Notes: a model not told the origin generated them from the sequence alone. 63,973 bases of DNA, filler included, from an uncultured bacterium (GCA_964471275.1; 3 parts of 3 records of this genome joined end to end with filler, not necessarily neighbours in it); one strand, 5' to 3'. Shown: positions 29,414 to 39,237, numbered from the whole stretch's first letter. Program-made: numbers and translations.

Positions 29414-30738
29414 CAGGACACGCCTGTGTCGTCATCGGAGGCGGGTTTGCGGGTCTATCAACTGCCGTGAGACTCGCACAGAAGGGCCTGGTGCCGCTCG
29501 TGCTTGAACGTCGTCCTGTCCTGGGCGGTCGTGCCTGCAGCTTCGTTCACGACGATACCTCTACAGTCGTGGACAACGGACAACACGTCCTTATGCGCTG
29601 CTGCCACAGCGTGCGTAGCTTCCTGGACACCATCGGGTCTGACACCATCCATTTTGAAGACGGCTTCTCGATTCCATTCATCGACAGCCACGGTCGACGC
29701 CATCGACTCAACGCACCGGGCTGGCTGCCACCCAAGTTGGGTCTCATGGTGGCATTCCTACGGTTTGGTCCCACGAGCTGGCGTGACGCAGTCAGTCTCG
29801 GGCGTGCAATGCCATACCTTCGTACCCTGCCGCAGGATCTCACCGTCTCCGGGTGGCTCAACAGGATCAATCAGTCCGATCCGATGCGGACGAATTTCTG
29901 GCACCCCCTCTGCCTCTCCGTCCTCAATGCAGCTCCTGATGTGGCGCCGGCTCGCGAGCTGCTTGTCGTTCTCGCAGAGGCACTCTCGGTTCCCTCGGGA
30001 GCCAGCATGGGATGGTCGACCGTTGGACTGAGCAGTCTTTACACCGAACAGGCGAGCCGGTACATCAGGGAACGAGGGGGAAAGATCAGGCGCAGCACCT
30101 TTGTTACGAATCTAGATATTTCTGATGGTGCGACTATATTGATGCTCAGGGATCAGTCCATATTGGAAGCGGAGAGCGTGGTCCTGGCCGTACCCCCACC
30201 CCGGGTCGCCGACATCCTTGCGAACACTGGACAGGACGATCTGCTTACCAGACTGGCTGCCCACACGCCGTCTCCCATACTGAGTGTTAACCTATGGTTT
30301 GATCGGGAAATCCTGCCGGAGCCTTTTGTGGGGCTCCTTGGCGGCACAATGGAATGGGTGTTCAACAGAGAGGCGATCCTGAGCTCGGAAGGTTCTGACC
30401 ACCACCTGTCACTGGCGGTGAGCGCTTCGACAGCCTTGGCCTCCAAGTCAGATGAGGAGCTTGTCGACCTCGCCCTTCAGGACTTGAGAGGAGCAAAGCT
30501 CATCGCCGGAGACGAGAGACCGCTTCACACACTGATCGTTCACGAGAAGCGTGCAACCTATGTTCGGCCGGTCGGATCGAATCCCGTATCCCCTATGACC
30601 AGCCATCCAGCTATCTTCCTTGCAGGGGACTGGACTGATACAGGTCTTCCGCCAACCATTGAGAGCGCCGTAAGGAGCGGTACCGTGGCGGCAAACCTTG
30701 TTGAGGCATACCTGCAAAAAGAAAAACCGGAGCCATAG
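29410..30738 (+). CDS. hpnE: Hydroxysqualene dehydroxylase HpnE (FAD-dependent)
   Basis: VIGGGFAGL Rossmann motif, LGGRA.S, DNGQH, EKRAT, LAGDWT.TGLP.TIESAVRSG. Confidence 0.92.
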   Translation: MTGHACVVIGGGFAGLSTAVRLAQKGLVPLVLERRPVLGGRACSFVHDDTSTVVDNGQHVLMRCCHSVRSFLDTIGSDTIHFEDGFSIPFIDSHGRRHRLNAPGWLPPKLGLMVAFLRFGPTSWRDAVSLGRAMPYLRTLPQDLTVSGWLNRINQSDPMRTNFWHPLCLSVLNAAPDVAPARELLVVLAEALSVPSGASMGWSTVGLSSLYTEQASRYIRERGGKIRRSTFVTNLDISDGATILMLRDQSILEAESVVLAVPPPRVADILANTGQDDLLTRLAAHTPSPILSVNLWFDREILPEPFVGLLGGTMEWVFNREAILSSEGSDHHLSLAVSASTALASKSDEELVDLALQDLRGAKLIAGDERPLHTLIVHEKRATYVRPVGSNPVSPMTSHPAIFLAGDWTDTGLPPTIESAVRSGTVAANLVEAYLQKEKPEP

Positions 30739-30774
30739 CTCCGGTTTACGTTCTCCTGCGCGCTTTCGACCGCC

Positions 30775-31164
30775 TCACCCTACCTTGAAGTTGGATATCC
30801 CCTCATCAATGAAGGTCCGTGTTTCCAGATCCAGAGCGTGGAGTTCATCGATTCGATCGACGCCCTCCTCGTCTTCGGTAACAATCGGAAGTGCGTCTAT
30901 TTGATAGAAGTTCTTCCCATCGGTCGCCTGAACCCTCAGATCCGGATGGCCAGTGTCCCGCGCGCTGAACAGCCGAAAATACACATCCGGATCCACTGCG
31001 TAGAGATTCCTGCCGTGACCCAGCCACTCACCGGTATCTGCTTGCTTCTCAAACCCCGTCGCACGCAAAAGTTCCGCATTCTGGCCGGTGTTCCCCATAA
31101 TGACCACGAGGTCATCCTCCTCTACGATGTAAGATCGGTATGATCCGATCTGCTTGTACCGCAT
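30775..31164 (-). CDS. Hypothetical protein
   Basis: AGGAGG RBS; coding-like acidic ORF; no family recognised. Confidence 0.7.
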   Translation of the reverse strand: MRYKQIGSYRSYIVEEDDLVVIMGNTGQNAELLRATGFEKQADTGEWLGHGRNLYAVDPDVYFRLFSARDTGHPDLRVQATDGKNFYQIDALPIVTEDEEGVDRIDELHALDLETRTFIDEGISNFKVG

Positions 31165-31198
31165 CTCGCCTCCTTCTTCCCCAGACGGTGTCTCGACA

Positions 31199-31597
31199 CT
31201 ACCTTACAATATACCATACCTCACTCTGAGATCGACCGTCTCTCGCGATCTTGTCGATCGCAAGGCGGTCGCCTTCCTCGATGATTCTACCACTGTAGGT
31301 GCCGAAGGTCAGGTGAGAATAGAGTTGGAGCCTGTTTCCAATACGCTTAAAATGACCGTGATCCGTTCTAGGGGCAGCAGTTCTCTGAGGGATATACGTC
31401 ACCATTTCCCAGACGTTCCCGCGCAACCCGCCTGTCAGCTTGAGGGAGCCAGAAACGAGGAGAATCCTTTGGGGGCGGGCATCCGGATCGTAGACCCGCT
31501 CGATCTTCACGAACTCCAGCCCGTATACGGCTTCTGATGCAGCGTCGACCTGAGCGGCGAGACCAATTCCAATAAGAATACAGATGAAGAAGCGCAT
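31199..31597 (-). CDS. Hypothetical exported protein (beta-rich)
   Basis: Signal peptide MRFFICILIGIGLAAQVDA; no family recognised. Confidence 0.65.
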   Translation of the reverse strand: MRFFICILIGIGLAAQVDAASEAVYGLEFVKIERVYDPDARPQRILLVSGSLKLTGGLRGNVWEMVTYIPQRTAAPRTDHGHFKRIGNRLQLYSHLTFGTYSGRIIEEGDRLAIDKIARDGRSQSEVWYIVR

Positions 31598-31635
31598 ATA
31601 CTACAATCGGCAGATGGTCCAGGATTGTCCACCTG

Positions 31636-33318
31636 CTAGAACAACGACAACCAGCGAGGACTTCCCGGGTCCGAAAGATCGCCAAGCGCAACGGATCCCC
31701 GTGGTTCGATGCGCAGAGACTTTCCGGAACCGACGACGATGAGGTCTTCGTCACCCACTTTGCTCTGCACCCAGGCCGTGCCACTCTCGACACTCACGGT
31801 TGTTGCTGAGCTCAGCACGACCCTGAAACGATACAGCGACCCGGCGGCAGCGGTCACGGATGCGACCGGTGAGTGAACCTCCAACGAGGGGTTCTTCGCC
31901 AGGACCCATACATTTCCTAGCCGCAGCGACAGCTTTGGTGGACCTGCTGACTGATCCTCTTCCCCCAACTGGATCGCGGACTCTTCCTCAACCTCAAGTC
32001 GCGAAAGACCGTCATTCAGATCGATCAGTGCCCGGCTGCCCTTACCTGTCTCCACGATATCGCCACGAGAGATCGGCGCCTCTTCGATCTCCGTCCTCCG
32101 GGCCCCACTGACGACGAAGACCTCACCATCGGTTGCCGATACTTGAGAATCGCTGGCACCATCATCGTTTTTCTTGTAGACACCCCCATCTGCCGTCCCC
32201 CTCGATGCCAGACGTTGTCGCGAGCCAAAATCGGATGCCGTAGCTCTCGCACGCTTGTGCCTGCCGGGCCCGCTTCGGCCGACACCCAGATACCAGGCAC
32301 TTGACACCAGGAGTAGCGCCGCAACGGCAAGGATCATCCCTCGAAAGGACCTCCGCACAGGTTCCGTCTCGGACACATCCTCGCCCGTGCTCTTGGATGC
32401 TTCTCGGGGTGCCTCATCTTCTTCTTCGTCCGGGTTCACAGGCTCTGCGGAAACGGAGCCCAAATACGTCGCCAGCTGTCCGCTCTCATAGAGCATCCGG
32501 GCTCGTATCAGCATGCGGTCACAGACCGCCTCCACGTCGTCATCATCCGTATCTTCGAGGTAGGTCGCATCTTCCTGGAGCAACGCAGCGCGTCGCTCGG
32601 AGACATTCGACAGTATCCGACGCCGCAAGCCCTCGGACATACCGAGTAGAGCGATAGCCAGATCCCAGTCATCTATGCCGGTTGTCAACGTCTGAATTTC
32701 ACGATCTGAAAGCCTTCGCAGATCCTCAATCGAGAAGAGAGAGGCTTGAATCGTCTTGGCAACCTCAGAGTCGCGATGATGAATATCTGTGAGGAGCGCG
32801 CGGAGTTGACGGGGGGCCGTGATGTCTTGCAGGATAGAAAGCGCGAAACCAAAGCGGGGTCCGCGAATCGGATCACCCAACCAGGTATCCAGCGCGTGGA
32901 TTGAATCCCGCTCATCCACCCCCAGATGGTTCTCCAGGGCACCCCAATCTTGAACGGCCAGAGCGTGGATACACTCGGCCTGAACGGTGTGGGGCAAGTG
33001 AGAAAGTGTGGACGCCGCGTGCTCCGCGTTGCCTTTCAGAAGCACGAGCGTAATGATGTCCGCAACACGGAGTGAATAGTACTCGCGGAAGGTATCTTGC
33101 GCGACGGTCACATCCCCGAACAGGCGCTCCAACTCCAACACAAGGACCTGCTCCACCACCGTCATTTCCGATCGGTCGAGACGATCGATCTCATCCAGAG
33201 AACCCAGAACGCCCTCCCGACACGGAGCCGGCAGTCCTTCGACCAGCCGCCCGCGCGCCTGACCACTCAAACGGGACAGAACAACGGCAAGCAGGCGCTC
33301 AGGACCGGCTGTGTTCAA
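31636..33318 (-). CDS. FliG-like (middle/C-terminal domains) + TM helix + FecR-like domain fusion protein
   Basis: FliG-C-like …VAKTIQASLFSIEDLRRLSDREIQ…LAIALLG.SE.LRRRILSNVSERRA..L.ED; TM MILAVAALLLVSSAWYLGV; FecR-like GDIVETG..SRALI.L.DG…L.L..G.VWV…V.SP.ASV…TTVSVESG. Confidence 0.75.
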   Translation of the reverse strand: MNTAGPERLLAVVLSRLSGQARGRLVEGLPAPCREGVLGSLDEIDRLDRSEMTVVEQVLVLELERLFGDVTVAQDTFREYYSLRVADIITLVLLKGNAEHAASTLSHLPHTVQAECIHALAVQDWGALENHLGVDERDSIHALDTWLGDPIRGPRFGFALSILQDITAPRQLRALLTDIHHRDSEVAKTIQASLFSIEDLRRLSDREIQTLTTGIDDWDLAIALLGMSEGLRRRILSNVSERRAALLQEDATYLEDTDDDDVEAVCDRMLIRARMLYESGQLATYLGSVSAEPVNPDEEEDEAPREASKSTGEDVSETEPVRRSFRGMILAVAALLLVSSAWYLGVGRSGPGRHKRARATASDFGSRQRLASRGTADGGVYKKNDDGASDSQVSATDGEVFVVSGARRTEIEEAPISRGDIVETGKGSRALIDLNDGLSRLEVEEESAIQLGEEDQSAGPPKLSLRLGNVWVLAKNPSLEVHSPVASVTAAAGSLYRFRVVLSSATTVSVESGTAWVQSKVGDEDLIVVGSGKSLRIEPRGSVALGDLSDPGSPRWLSLF

Positions 33319-34496
33319 GGGGTTCGGTTCCCGGATTCGAAAGCCTCGAGATACTTCAGCCCCGTCCCCGTGTTGAACAACACAACCCGCTCATCGGCCT
33401 GCACCAGGTCTCGCTCCACCATCTTCTTGAGACAGGCCAGCGTCGCCCCGCCTTCGGGTGCTGCGAAGATGCCCGTATAGGCAGATATTTCGGCCACGCC
33501 GTGCAGAAGTTCGTCATCGGTGACTGACAGGGCGCACCCACCGCTGTCCCGAATGGCTCTGAGCATAAGAAAATCCCCAACAGCTCCCGGCACACGCAAT
33601 CCGGAGGCGACTGTCTGGGCACCCTCCCAGGGCGTCGCTACCTCTTCACCTGCCTCCCACGCTCGCACGATGGGTGCACATCCTGCAGCCTGTACGGAAA
33701 CCATTCGAGGCCGCTTCTCGCCGATCCATCCAAGCTTCCCCATCTCGGCGAAGGCCTTCCACATTCCGATCAGACCGGTTCCCCCACCTGTCGGGTAGAT
33801 CACGACATCCGGCAGTTCCCAATCGAGCTGTTCCGCAAGCTCGTAACCCAGGGTCTTCTTGCCCTCGACACGATACGGTTCCTTAAGCGTGCTAACATCG
33901 AACCACCCCTCCGCCTCCTTTCGCTCTGCCACGACCCGTCCGCAATCGGAGATCAGACCATCAACCAGCTCAACCTGAGCACCCAGTATTCTTGCCTCGA
34001 CATAGTTTGCACGCGGCACGTCCTTCGGCATAAAGACGTGCGAACGCAAACCTGCCCTTGCTGCGTAGGCTGCCGTGGCCCCTCCGGCATTCCCTGCCGA
34101 AGGAATCGCCACTTCCGATACACCGAGCTCCAGTGCACGTGATATGGCAGCAGAGAGCCCTCTGGCTTTGAACGACCCGGTCGGGTTCGCGCCTTCGTCC
34201 TTGATCAGCAGGTTCGGTACGCCGACGTGCTTGCCGAGAGTTGTTGTCTGCAGAAGTGGCGTGAACCCCTCACCAAGACTGACACGATACCGAGGATCCT
34301 CAACAGGCATCACCTCAGCGTAGCGCCACATGTTCGGGTCACGGTTCGCAAGCTGCTCCCTCGGGAGCGACTCACGGATTGCATCGAGGTCATACCTCGC
34401 GAACAGGGGGGCCCCTTCCTCCGAAAGATTAAGCAGTTTCGACTTGTCGTAAGAGGCGCCGGTTCGGGTGCAGATCAGGTCGGTCAGAAAGCTCAT
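33315..34496 (-). CDS. thrC: Threonine synthase (PLP-dependent)
   Basis: MWRY, SLGEGFTPL, KDEG.NPTGSFKARG, PSAGNAG, EPYRVEGKKT, YPTGGGTG, FNTG.GLKY. Confidence 0.9.
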   Translation of the reverse strand: MSFLTDLICTRTGASYDKSKLLNLSEEGAPLFARYDLDAIRESLPREQLANRDPNMWRYAEVMPVEDPRYRVSLGEGFTPLLQTTTLGKHVGVPNLLIKDEGANPTGSFKARGLSAAISRALELGVSEVAIPSAGNAGGATAAYAARAGLRSHVFMPKDVPRANYVEARILGAQVELVDGLISDCGRVVAERKEAEGWFDVSTLKEPYRVEGKKTLGYELAEQLDWELPDVVIYPTGGGTGLIGMWKAFAEMGKLGWIGEKRPRMVSVQAAGCAPIVRAWEAGEEVATPWEGAQTVASGLRVPGAVGDFLMLRAIRDSGGCALSVTDDELLHGVAEISAYTGIFAAPEGGATLACLKKMVERDLVQADERVVLFNTGTGLKYLEAFESGNRTP

Positions 34497-34562
34497 AGAA
34501 TGCTCCCTTGTATATGGAATTCCGAGGGTATGATGCCCCGATGTGCCGACTGCGTCAAGCTG

Positions 34563-35870
34563 TCAATCCCCGATCGTCCTCCCTGATCTCGGCCTCTCCA
34601 GACCAAACGCACGCATCTTCCGTCGAAGGGTCGGCCGCGTGATACCCTAGCTGTCACAGGCCTTCCCGCGATGCCAACCGGCTGCATCCAGAGCCCGTTC
34701 GATCCTTTGTTTCTCGATACCGAGCAGCTTGTGGCATTCGTCTCCATCGGGACCGAGGCCGGCGAGGGCCATCTCGCCGACCGCCGCGCCTCGTGTCACG
34801 ATCAGCGCGCGTGTCAGCACGTTCTAAAGCTCTCGAACGTTGCCTGGCCAATCATACTGTGCCAATCGATCCAGGGCTTTTCGGCTGATCTTCGGCCCAC
34901 GGTAGTCCAGTCGTACCGAGATTCGGGCGACAAGGCCCTTGGACAGAGTCGGAATATCGCCCAGCCAATCCCTCAACGGTGGAAGTGGTATTGCCACTTC
35001 CGTAAGCCGGTAGAACAGGTCGGTGCGGAAAGCGTTTTCTCCCACGGCCTCCTTCAGATTCTAGTTGGTCACCGCGATGATGCGAACATCGGGTCGAATC
35101 AGGCTTTGTCCTCCCACACAGTAGAATTAACCACGGTCCAGAGCTCTCAGAAGCTTTGCCTGGAAGGCGGGTGTCGCATCTCCGATTTCATCGAGGAAGA
35201 GCGTAGCCCTGTCGGCCGTCTCAAAGCCCCCCGGACGACGCTCTGTTGCGCCCGTGTAGGCACCGCGTTCGTGACCAAGGAGCTCACTTTCAGCCAGCGA
35301 ATTGACGATGGCCGCGCAGCTCAGGGCAACAAACGCGCCTGACCCGGCAGAAGCGTCGTGTATCGCCCTGGCCAGCAGTTCCTTGCAGGTCCCGCTCGCC
35401 CCACGAACAAGAACAGTCGCACCTGTCCCGGCGGCAGCCGCTGCCGTGCGGTAGGCCTCGATGATCTTTGTGGAACGACCGAGAATCACGTCACCAAGAT
35501 CAGCTGTAGCGTCTTCTTCTGTTTTTCCAGGTTCATCGATGTCCACTTGTTCCTGCCGCAGCCTGTTCACCAAAGATTGGAGTGCCTCGACCTCCAGAGG
35601 TTTCCCCACACAGTCATAGGCCCCTCCGGCGACAGCCCGGAATATCGTCGTCGAAGTAAATCGGTCACTGCAGACGACTGTCGGGATCGGTGCCAGCGAT
35701 CTGGCACCGAAATATCCCTCGGCATTTGCCAGATGATCCGTGACAACGGCGAGGTCAGCATTGACCCGCCGGGCAGTTCGAACTGCTTTCCCAGGTGTTG
35801 TGGCCCGGTGTACGCGAATACCAACCGAGTCGCGCGCGCTACAAGGCGACACACTGACGACGATCATCAT
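34563..35870 (-). pseudogene. Degraded sigma54-dependent response regulator (NtrC/AtoC-like)
   Basis: Degenerate receiver domain; G.SGT.KEL.A, ESEL.GHE.GAYTGA, TLFLDEIG, FR.DLFYRL, WPGNVREL and a Fis-type HTH. Four in-frame stops at 35127, 35061, 34824 and 34647. Confidence 0.88.
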
Positions 35871-36094
35871 CGAACAGAAGTAAATCTTCCATCTGACCCT
35901 CCTTTGTGAGTGAAGTGGGTCACTATGGCAGGAATCTTACCACAGCTCTTCCAGCAACGCACCGGACACGCAACCCATTCTGCCACTGGCTGTTAGGGTG
36001 TTTTTCTGTCCTAAAACAAAACCTTAGTTGGGATCAAGTGTCGTCAATTCGAGGCCAGCCTGCCGGTAGATTGTCGTTGCATTGCAGGCAGCAC

Positions 36095-36128
36095 AAAAAC
36101 GGCGCCCCTCCCGAGAGAGGGGCGCCGG
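36095..36128 (-). terminator. Intrinsic terminator after the FN3 lipoprotein gene
   Basis: CGGCGCCCCTC…GAGGGGCGCCG stem with a U5 tail on the minus strand. Confidence 0.8.
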
Positions 36129-36153
36129 AGAATCGGGATCGCTGACTCCAGGT

Positions 36154-38694
36154 CTATGGTACGAGAACTGTCTTCTCCTCAGATGGATCACTGAAGTCGT
36201 TGTCCACCAGGGTCAGAACTCGATACGTGTATGCAGCGCCGGATGTGACGTTTGTGTCTCCAAAACTCGTACCTGTCACGGACGATGCAACAGTCGTAAA
36301 GGTTCCTGATGACGAATCGCTCCCCGTCTGCTTCCTCTGAACACGGAACGACGTGAAGTGTGCCGGAGCGGTCCAGGAGACGGTCACCATCGAAGCGTTA
36401 CCAGCGGCGACAACTGTCAAATCCGTCGGCGCAGTCACATCAGATGTCGCCCCTGTCATCCGCGTTACCGATGCGGACAGCAAGCTCTCGTTCCCGGTCT
36501 CATCGATCGCGCTCACACGGTAGACATAGGTGGTATTCACTTCGAGACCCGTGTCATTGAACGACGTTGTCGTCGAATCGGGGGATGTCAACAATACCAG
36601 CCCGGAAGCTTCCGACCCAACCGCGCGATACAATCGATACCCCGACAGACCAGTAAGGTCTGATCCGTTCGCATCCTCACTCGGTGCGGTCCAGGACAGC
36701 GTGATCACCGTGCTTCCCGTCAGCAGGGATGCCAGCTGGGTCGGGGTTGCAGGCGCCCGATCGTCAGTGCTGACAGCGGCAGCGGCAAACAGCGATCGCT
36801 CACTCTCAATCCCGCCCGAACCCAGGGCCTGGACGCGATATACGTAGGCCTCCCCAGCCACAAGCGGCGAGTCGATATACGATCTCTGCACGGTTTCGAA
36901 CGTCGCCTCGGCGGTCGCCTCGGACGGCGCGCGGAACCGCAGGACACGGTATCCGGTCAACTCAGATTCAGTGTTCGCCGCCCACGTGACCGTGATTCGT
37001 CCGATCCCACTCGTGGCTGTCACGCTGCTCGGTGCTCCCAGCTGTGACTCGACCGTCGCCGATACAAACGCGCTGGGTTCGCTCTCCAGACCACCCGTCG
37101 CTACGGCGACGACACGGTAAGAGAGCGTCTGCCCGGCAACTAGAGGAGAATCGACAAACGTCGTCTGGGCTGTGTCGAAAGTGGCGTCAGGATCTACATC
37201 TGCAGGATCCAGGAACCTCAGCACTTGATACCCGGTCAGTTCAGGCTCCGTATTCGAGTTCCACGTCAGGATCAGCTGCTGCGGTCCTGTCGAAATCCTG
37301 ATATTCGTCGGACGCGCAGCTCCTTTGGTCGTCACGTTTGTTGAGGTTGACCGCGGCCCCACATTGCCGACAACGTCAACAGCGCTGATCGCGTAGAAAT
37401 ACACGGTCAACTGATCAACAGTTACATCCTGGTAAGACGTGGAAGTCGCCGGGACCTCGCCTAGCAGAACGAACGAACTGGTGGACTCGCGTGATCGGAA
37501 CACGTGATAGGTCGCCAACCCCGTCAGATCCCCACCATCGCTGTCCGAATCGGGTGCCGTCCAGTTGAGCGACACAAGCCCCAGGGCATTCTCGTCAAGG
37601 CTGACGATCACATCTGACGGTGCGGCCGGTGGTGTTTCATCCGCCGTGGATACACCGTCAACAAACGCCGTATTCGAGCTGCGAAGCAGACCCAACTCAG
37701 GATCGTTCGCCACGGCCTGGATCTTGTAGAAGAAGACCTGTTCGGTCGCAACCGTAGAGTCCGTGTAGGTCGTTTGGGCAGTCGTGAAGAGCGTGTCCGC
37801 AGTAACAGGTGCGAACTCGACCTGAGTATCAGCAGACCTCAGTACAAGATAGCCGATCAGATTGGGATCATTCACCGGATTCCAGCTGACCTCGATCTTA
37901 CCGATTTTGGATGTTGTCCGCAGACCGGTGGGGACGCCGACGCCAGTCGCACCTGTCGAGATGGAAGCCGAGGACGATCGCCCGCTCTCATTCTCTGCTT
38001 CGTCTCTGGCGCTGACCCGATAGAAGTACACCGCGTCGGTCTCCAGGTTCGATGAATCTATAAATGTGGAGACCGTCGAAGAAACGCTTGCGATCTTGAC
38101 AAAAGAGTCCTGCGAGTCCTTCGCTCTGAAGACATTGTATTCGTCCAGCCCGGTCAGAGACTGACCGTTCGAATCCCCGAGCGGTGCGTTCCAGTTCAAA
38201 GTCACAAAGCCGTTGGCTACATCGGCTACCGCAGAGAGATCTGTCGGTTGTGCAGGAGGTCTGTTGTCTTCCAGCGCCTCAGCGCTCACGAAGGTCGAGA
38301 GCTCGGACTGCCGATCCTGAATATCTACCGTGCTGACCCTGTAGAAGTAGACACGCGTTGCCGACAGATCGATCATCGAGTCTATAAAGGTTGTTCTCCC
38401 CGTCGTCACCAATGAGTCTGAAATCTCGCCTGAAAGACGCTGAAAGCCATCCGTGGCCGATGTAGACCGCCAGATGCCGTAGCCCTTGAGTTCATTGCTT
38501 ACGACTGCGTTCCACTGCAAGGCAATACGACCGATGCTGCCGACAGCCTGTACATTACCCGGTGGAGCGAGTGCATCATTTCCTGAGAAGCTCGGATCGA
38601 TCGGGTTTGTTCGTTCCCTCCCGCAAGCCAGAACCATCACCGCCATCAAACAGACCGCCCACATCGAGCTGGGGCGCAAAACCCGAGGCTTCAT
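36154..38694 (-). CDS. Lipoprotein with eight fibronectin type III-like repeats
   Basis: GGAGGA RBS, lipobox VLAC, eight P…W…Y.(V/I).R…F/Y.D…Y.YRV.A repeats. Confidence 0.88.
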   Translation of the reverse strand: MKPRVLRPSSMWAVCLMAVMVLACGRERTNPIDPSFSGNDALAPPGNVQAVGSIGRIALQWNAVVSNELKGYGIWRSTSATDGFQRLSGEISDSLVTTGRTTFIDSMIDLSATRVYFYRVSTVDIQDRQSELSTFVSAEALEDNRPPAQPTDLSAVADVANGFVTLNWNAPLGDSNGQSLTGLDEYNVFRAKDSQDSFVKIASVSSTVSTFIDSSNLETDAVYFYRVSARDEAENESGRSSSASISTGATGVGVPTGLRTTSKIGKIEVSWNPVNDPNLIGYLVLRSADTQVEFAPVTADTLFTTAQTTYTDSTVATEQVFFYKIQAVANDPELGLLRSSNTAFVDGVSTADETPPAAPSDVIVSLDENALGLVSLNWTAPDSDSDGGDLTGLATYHVFRSRESTSSFVLLGEVPATSTSYQDVTVDQLTVYFYAISAVDVVGNVGPRSTSTNVTTKGAARPTNIRISTGPQQLILTWNSNTEPELTGYQVLRFLDPADVDPDATFDTAQTTFVDSPLVAGQTLSYRVVAVATGGLESEPSAFVSATVESQLGAPSSVTATSGIGRITVTWAANTESELTGYRVLRFRAPSEATAEATFETVQRSYIDSPLVAGEAYVYRVQALGSGGIESERSLFAAAAVSTDDRAPATPTQLASLLTGSTVITLSWTAPSEDANGSDLTGLSGYRLYRAVGSEASGLVLLTSPDSTTTSFNDTGLEVNTTYVYRVSAIDETGNESLLSASVTRMTGATSDVTAPTDLTVVAAGNASMVTVSWTAPAHFTSFRVQRKQTGSDSSSGTFTTVASSVTGTSFGDTNVTSGAAYTYRVLTLVDNDFSDPSEEKTVLVP

Positions 38695-38742
38695 TTGATC
38701 CTCCCCTAATGGCCGATCACTCGGCCGCACGGTACGAAACAT

Positions 38743-39192
38743 CTAAAATCCCTTTGAAATGGCGACACCCACCTGACCCGTGTGCACGTCGCTCTTGAGT
38801 TTTAGCGAGAAGTCCTTTACCTCAGGTCTCAGACCCCGGCTCATCTTCGGAATATTGCCATCAATACCGCTAGACAGGAGGAGCCGCAAGCCGCTGACGA
38901 GTAGCACGACCGAGAGGCCGATAGACATCTGACTCTTGGTATCCCGGTCGCTTGTGCGCTGGAACAGTTCTTCAGCCTGCCTGGCGCTAGAAGCCAATTC
39001 GTACTGGTCGAACGTTTCGTTCGCATCTTTGCGAAAATCCACTGCTCGCTTGGCGAGTATGGCACTTGTCCCAAGGAACAATACCCCGAAGGTTCGACGC
39101 ACGGTGAAGTAAGACTCCGCGTGCAGGGGGCCCACAAGGGACCACAGTGCCAGAGAACCGGCTAGAATTCCACACAACGTCTTCTTCAGCAT
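38743..39192 (-). CDS. Hypothetical exported/membrane protein
   Basis: GAGGAG RBS, signal peptide, two hydrophobic helices, C-terminal beta strands ending in Phe. Confidence 0.7.
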   Translation of the reverse strand: MLKKTLCGILAGSLALWSLVGPLHAESYFTVRRTFGVLFLGTSAILAKRAVDFRKDANETFDQYELASSARQAEELFQRTSDRDTKSQMSIGLSVVLLVSGLRLLLSSGIDGNIPKMSRGLRPEVKDFSLKLKSDVHTGQVGVAISKGF

Positions 39193-39237
39193 AATCACTC
39201 CTCAATCACCCATCCCGAATACACCGACTCACGGACA

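Noticed and set aside
33315..34496. thrC homologue as a cysteate synthase linked to comA sulfonate metabolism
   Set aside because: The motifs fit an ordinary threonine synthase, it is about 6 kb from comA, and nothing in the sequence supports the alternative.
34563..35870. Stop-codon reassignment or readthrough to explain four in-frame stops
   Set aside because: Both TAA and TAG are involved, they replace different residues, conserved motifs are also decayed, and many intact genes here end in TAG or TAA.
35926..35940. TGGCAGGAATCTTAC as a sigma54 promoter
   Set aside because: The -12 GC is missing and no plus-strand gene lies downstream.
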